Virus record (IMG/VR): IMGVR_UViG_3300017917_003822
Span: 206,630 to 270,629 of that record
Length of the DNA stretch: 64,000 bases
Strand: one strand, 5' to 3'
Shown piece by piece: positions 63,293 through 64,000 of the stretch. Within the stretch, counting starts at the first letter, position 1; the number at the start of each line of letters is the position of its first letter. A program made the translations under genes and the position numbers. The notes below the pieces were generated by a model, which worked only from the letters and a program-made list of their open reading frames with translations, had not been told where the DNA came from and did no database searches.

Positions 63293-63757
63293 TTATGATT
63301 TGTGATTTAATGTTTCAAAAACAACCTTCTGTTCCTGTAGATAAACGTCAGTGTCAACATAAACCATACCCAGATGATTCTCTTTGTCACGATCACTGAT
63401 GTCGGTGATGGAAAGCAAGGTTACATTCACTTTCTCACCTTTTCTACCCTGCATCATTAGCTGGTAGTCATTCAACCAATACTGGCTGTTGTGAATTCTA
63501 TATGTTGGACGATCTGGTGAATTTCCATTCGGTCTCACATCGAAATACTGATAGTGAACAAACATCGTACTTCCATAGAATGAAAAAACTCTTCTCTCTG
63601 CTTCATCTACAGTTGCTGCAGTTTTGGGCATGAGAGATGCAAAGAAAGCAGGATCTATCTCATTCTCAACATCAAGCTCCTTCGGATCAAATCTGTCGAT
63701 TGTCATCTCATTTAGAACGCTACCTGAGAAGTCCTCGTATAGTGCAATGTGTTTCAT
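63293..63757 (-). CDS. hypothetical protein with CTS-like leader
   Basis: MKHIALYEDFSGSVLNE; class B motif at 63766-63774. Confidence 0.7.
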   Translation of the reverse strand: MKHIALYEDFSGSVLNEMTIDRFDPKELDVENEIDPAFFASLMPKTAATVDEAERRVFSFYGSTMFVHYQYFDVRPNGNSPDRPTYRIHNSQYWLNDYQLMMQGRKGEKVNVTLLSITDISDRDKENHLGMVYVDTDVYLQEQKVVFETLNHKS

Positions 63758-63765
63758 GTTATTAG

Positions 63766-63999
63766 TTATATATTATTTTGATCGGCATCTGAAATATCAT
63801 CTTCAAAAAATTCAAAATTTTCAATGACTTCTTCATTAATTACCGGTTCCTTATACTCCACATTAAAAAATAAAAGCCTTTCAATTAATGAATCCAAATC
63901 ATTAAAAAATTCTAAATTGGGTTGGGTTGTATTAACCACTTGTTCCTCCGTGATTTCACTATAGTGAAAAATGTCTACTGAATTATGTGCTAAAAAATA
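63766..63999 (-). CDS. hypothetical protein, 3' part (start outside window)
   Basis: Open frame YFLAHNSVDIFHYSEITEEQVVNTTQPNLEFF...NNI*. Confidence 0.6.
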   Translation of the reverse strand, partial: YFLAHNSVDIFHYSEITEEQVVNTTQPNLEFFNDLDSLIERLLFFNVEYKEPVINEEVIENFEFFEDDISDADQNNI

Positions 64000-64000
64000 T

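Noticed and set aside
6-63827. Many antisense or alternate-frame ORFs in the track (e.g. 6-293, 1467-1691, 8653-9069, 18603-18989, 26020-26358, 46747-47106, 54824-55192, 59532-59753)
   Set aside because: They are shadows of well-supported genes, with no promoter or recognisable motifs
1-64000. Stop-codon recoding (TAG/TGA), as in some jumbo phages
   Set aside because: Recognisable enzymes are full length under code 11, and TAG/TGA stops abut next starts

Overview
Gene-dense, AT-rich segment of a large (jumbo-type, probably T4-like) bacteriophage genome, read with the standard code. The host is very likely Bacteroidota: 12 perfect TAnnTTTG -7 boxes, A-rich SD-less leaders and many lipoprotein-type signal peptides. 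The window is mostly accessory genes. It holds an RNA-repair and translation-rescue set (two RNA ligases, kinase, phosphoesterase, cyclic-phosphate receiver, Thg1, CCA enzyme, PTH2, SmpB, HD hydrolase, ClpP), nucleotide/ADP-ribose enzymes, GalE, flotillin, cyclophilin and many small hypotheticals. Genes fall into two classes. The first is + strand operons behind a T-tract-CG-N11-TAnnTTTG promoter. The second is units on both strands behind RATATATA, whose proteins share an N-terminal leader resembling the T4 capsid-targeting sequence. The most unusual items are: (1) five tRNA-Leu-scaffold RNAs with conserved acceptor/D/T elbow but scrambled anticodon and variable arms, interleaved with other structured RNAs (50.9-53.4 kb); (2) an integron-like cassette array with attC-like sites ending in a decapitated tyrosine recombinase (3.7-4.9 kb); (3) about 18 putative capsid-packaged proteins, including two circularly permuted lytic transglycosylases, a PRTase and a papain-fold enzyme; (4) tandem paralog arrays joined by near-perfect DNA repeats. 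All family assignments come from motif recognition by eye; no searches were run.
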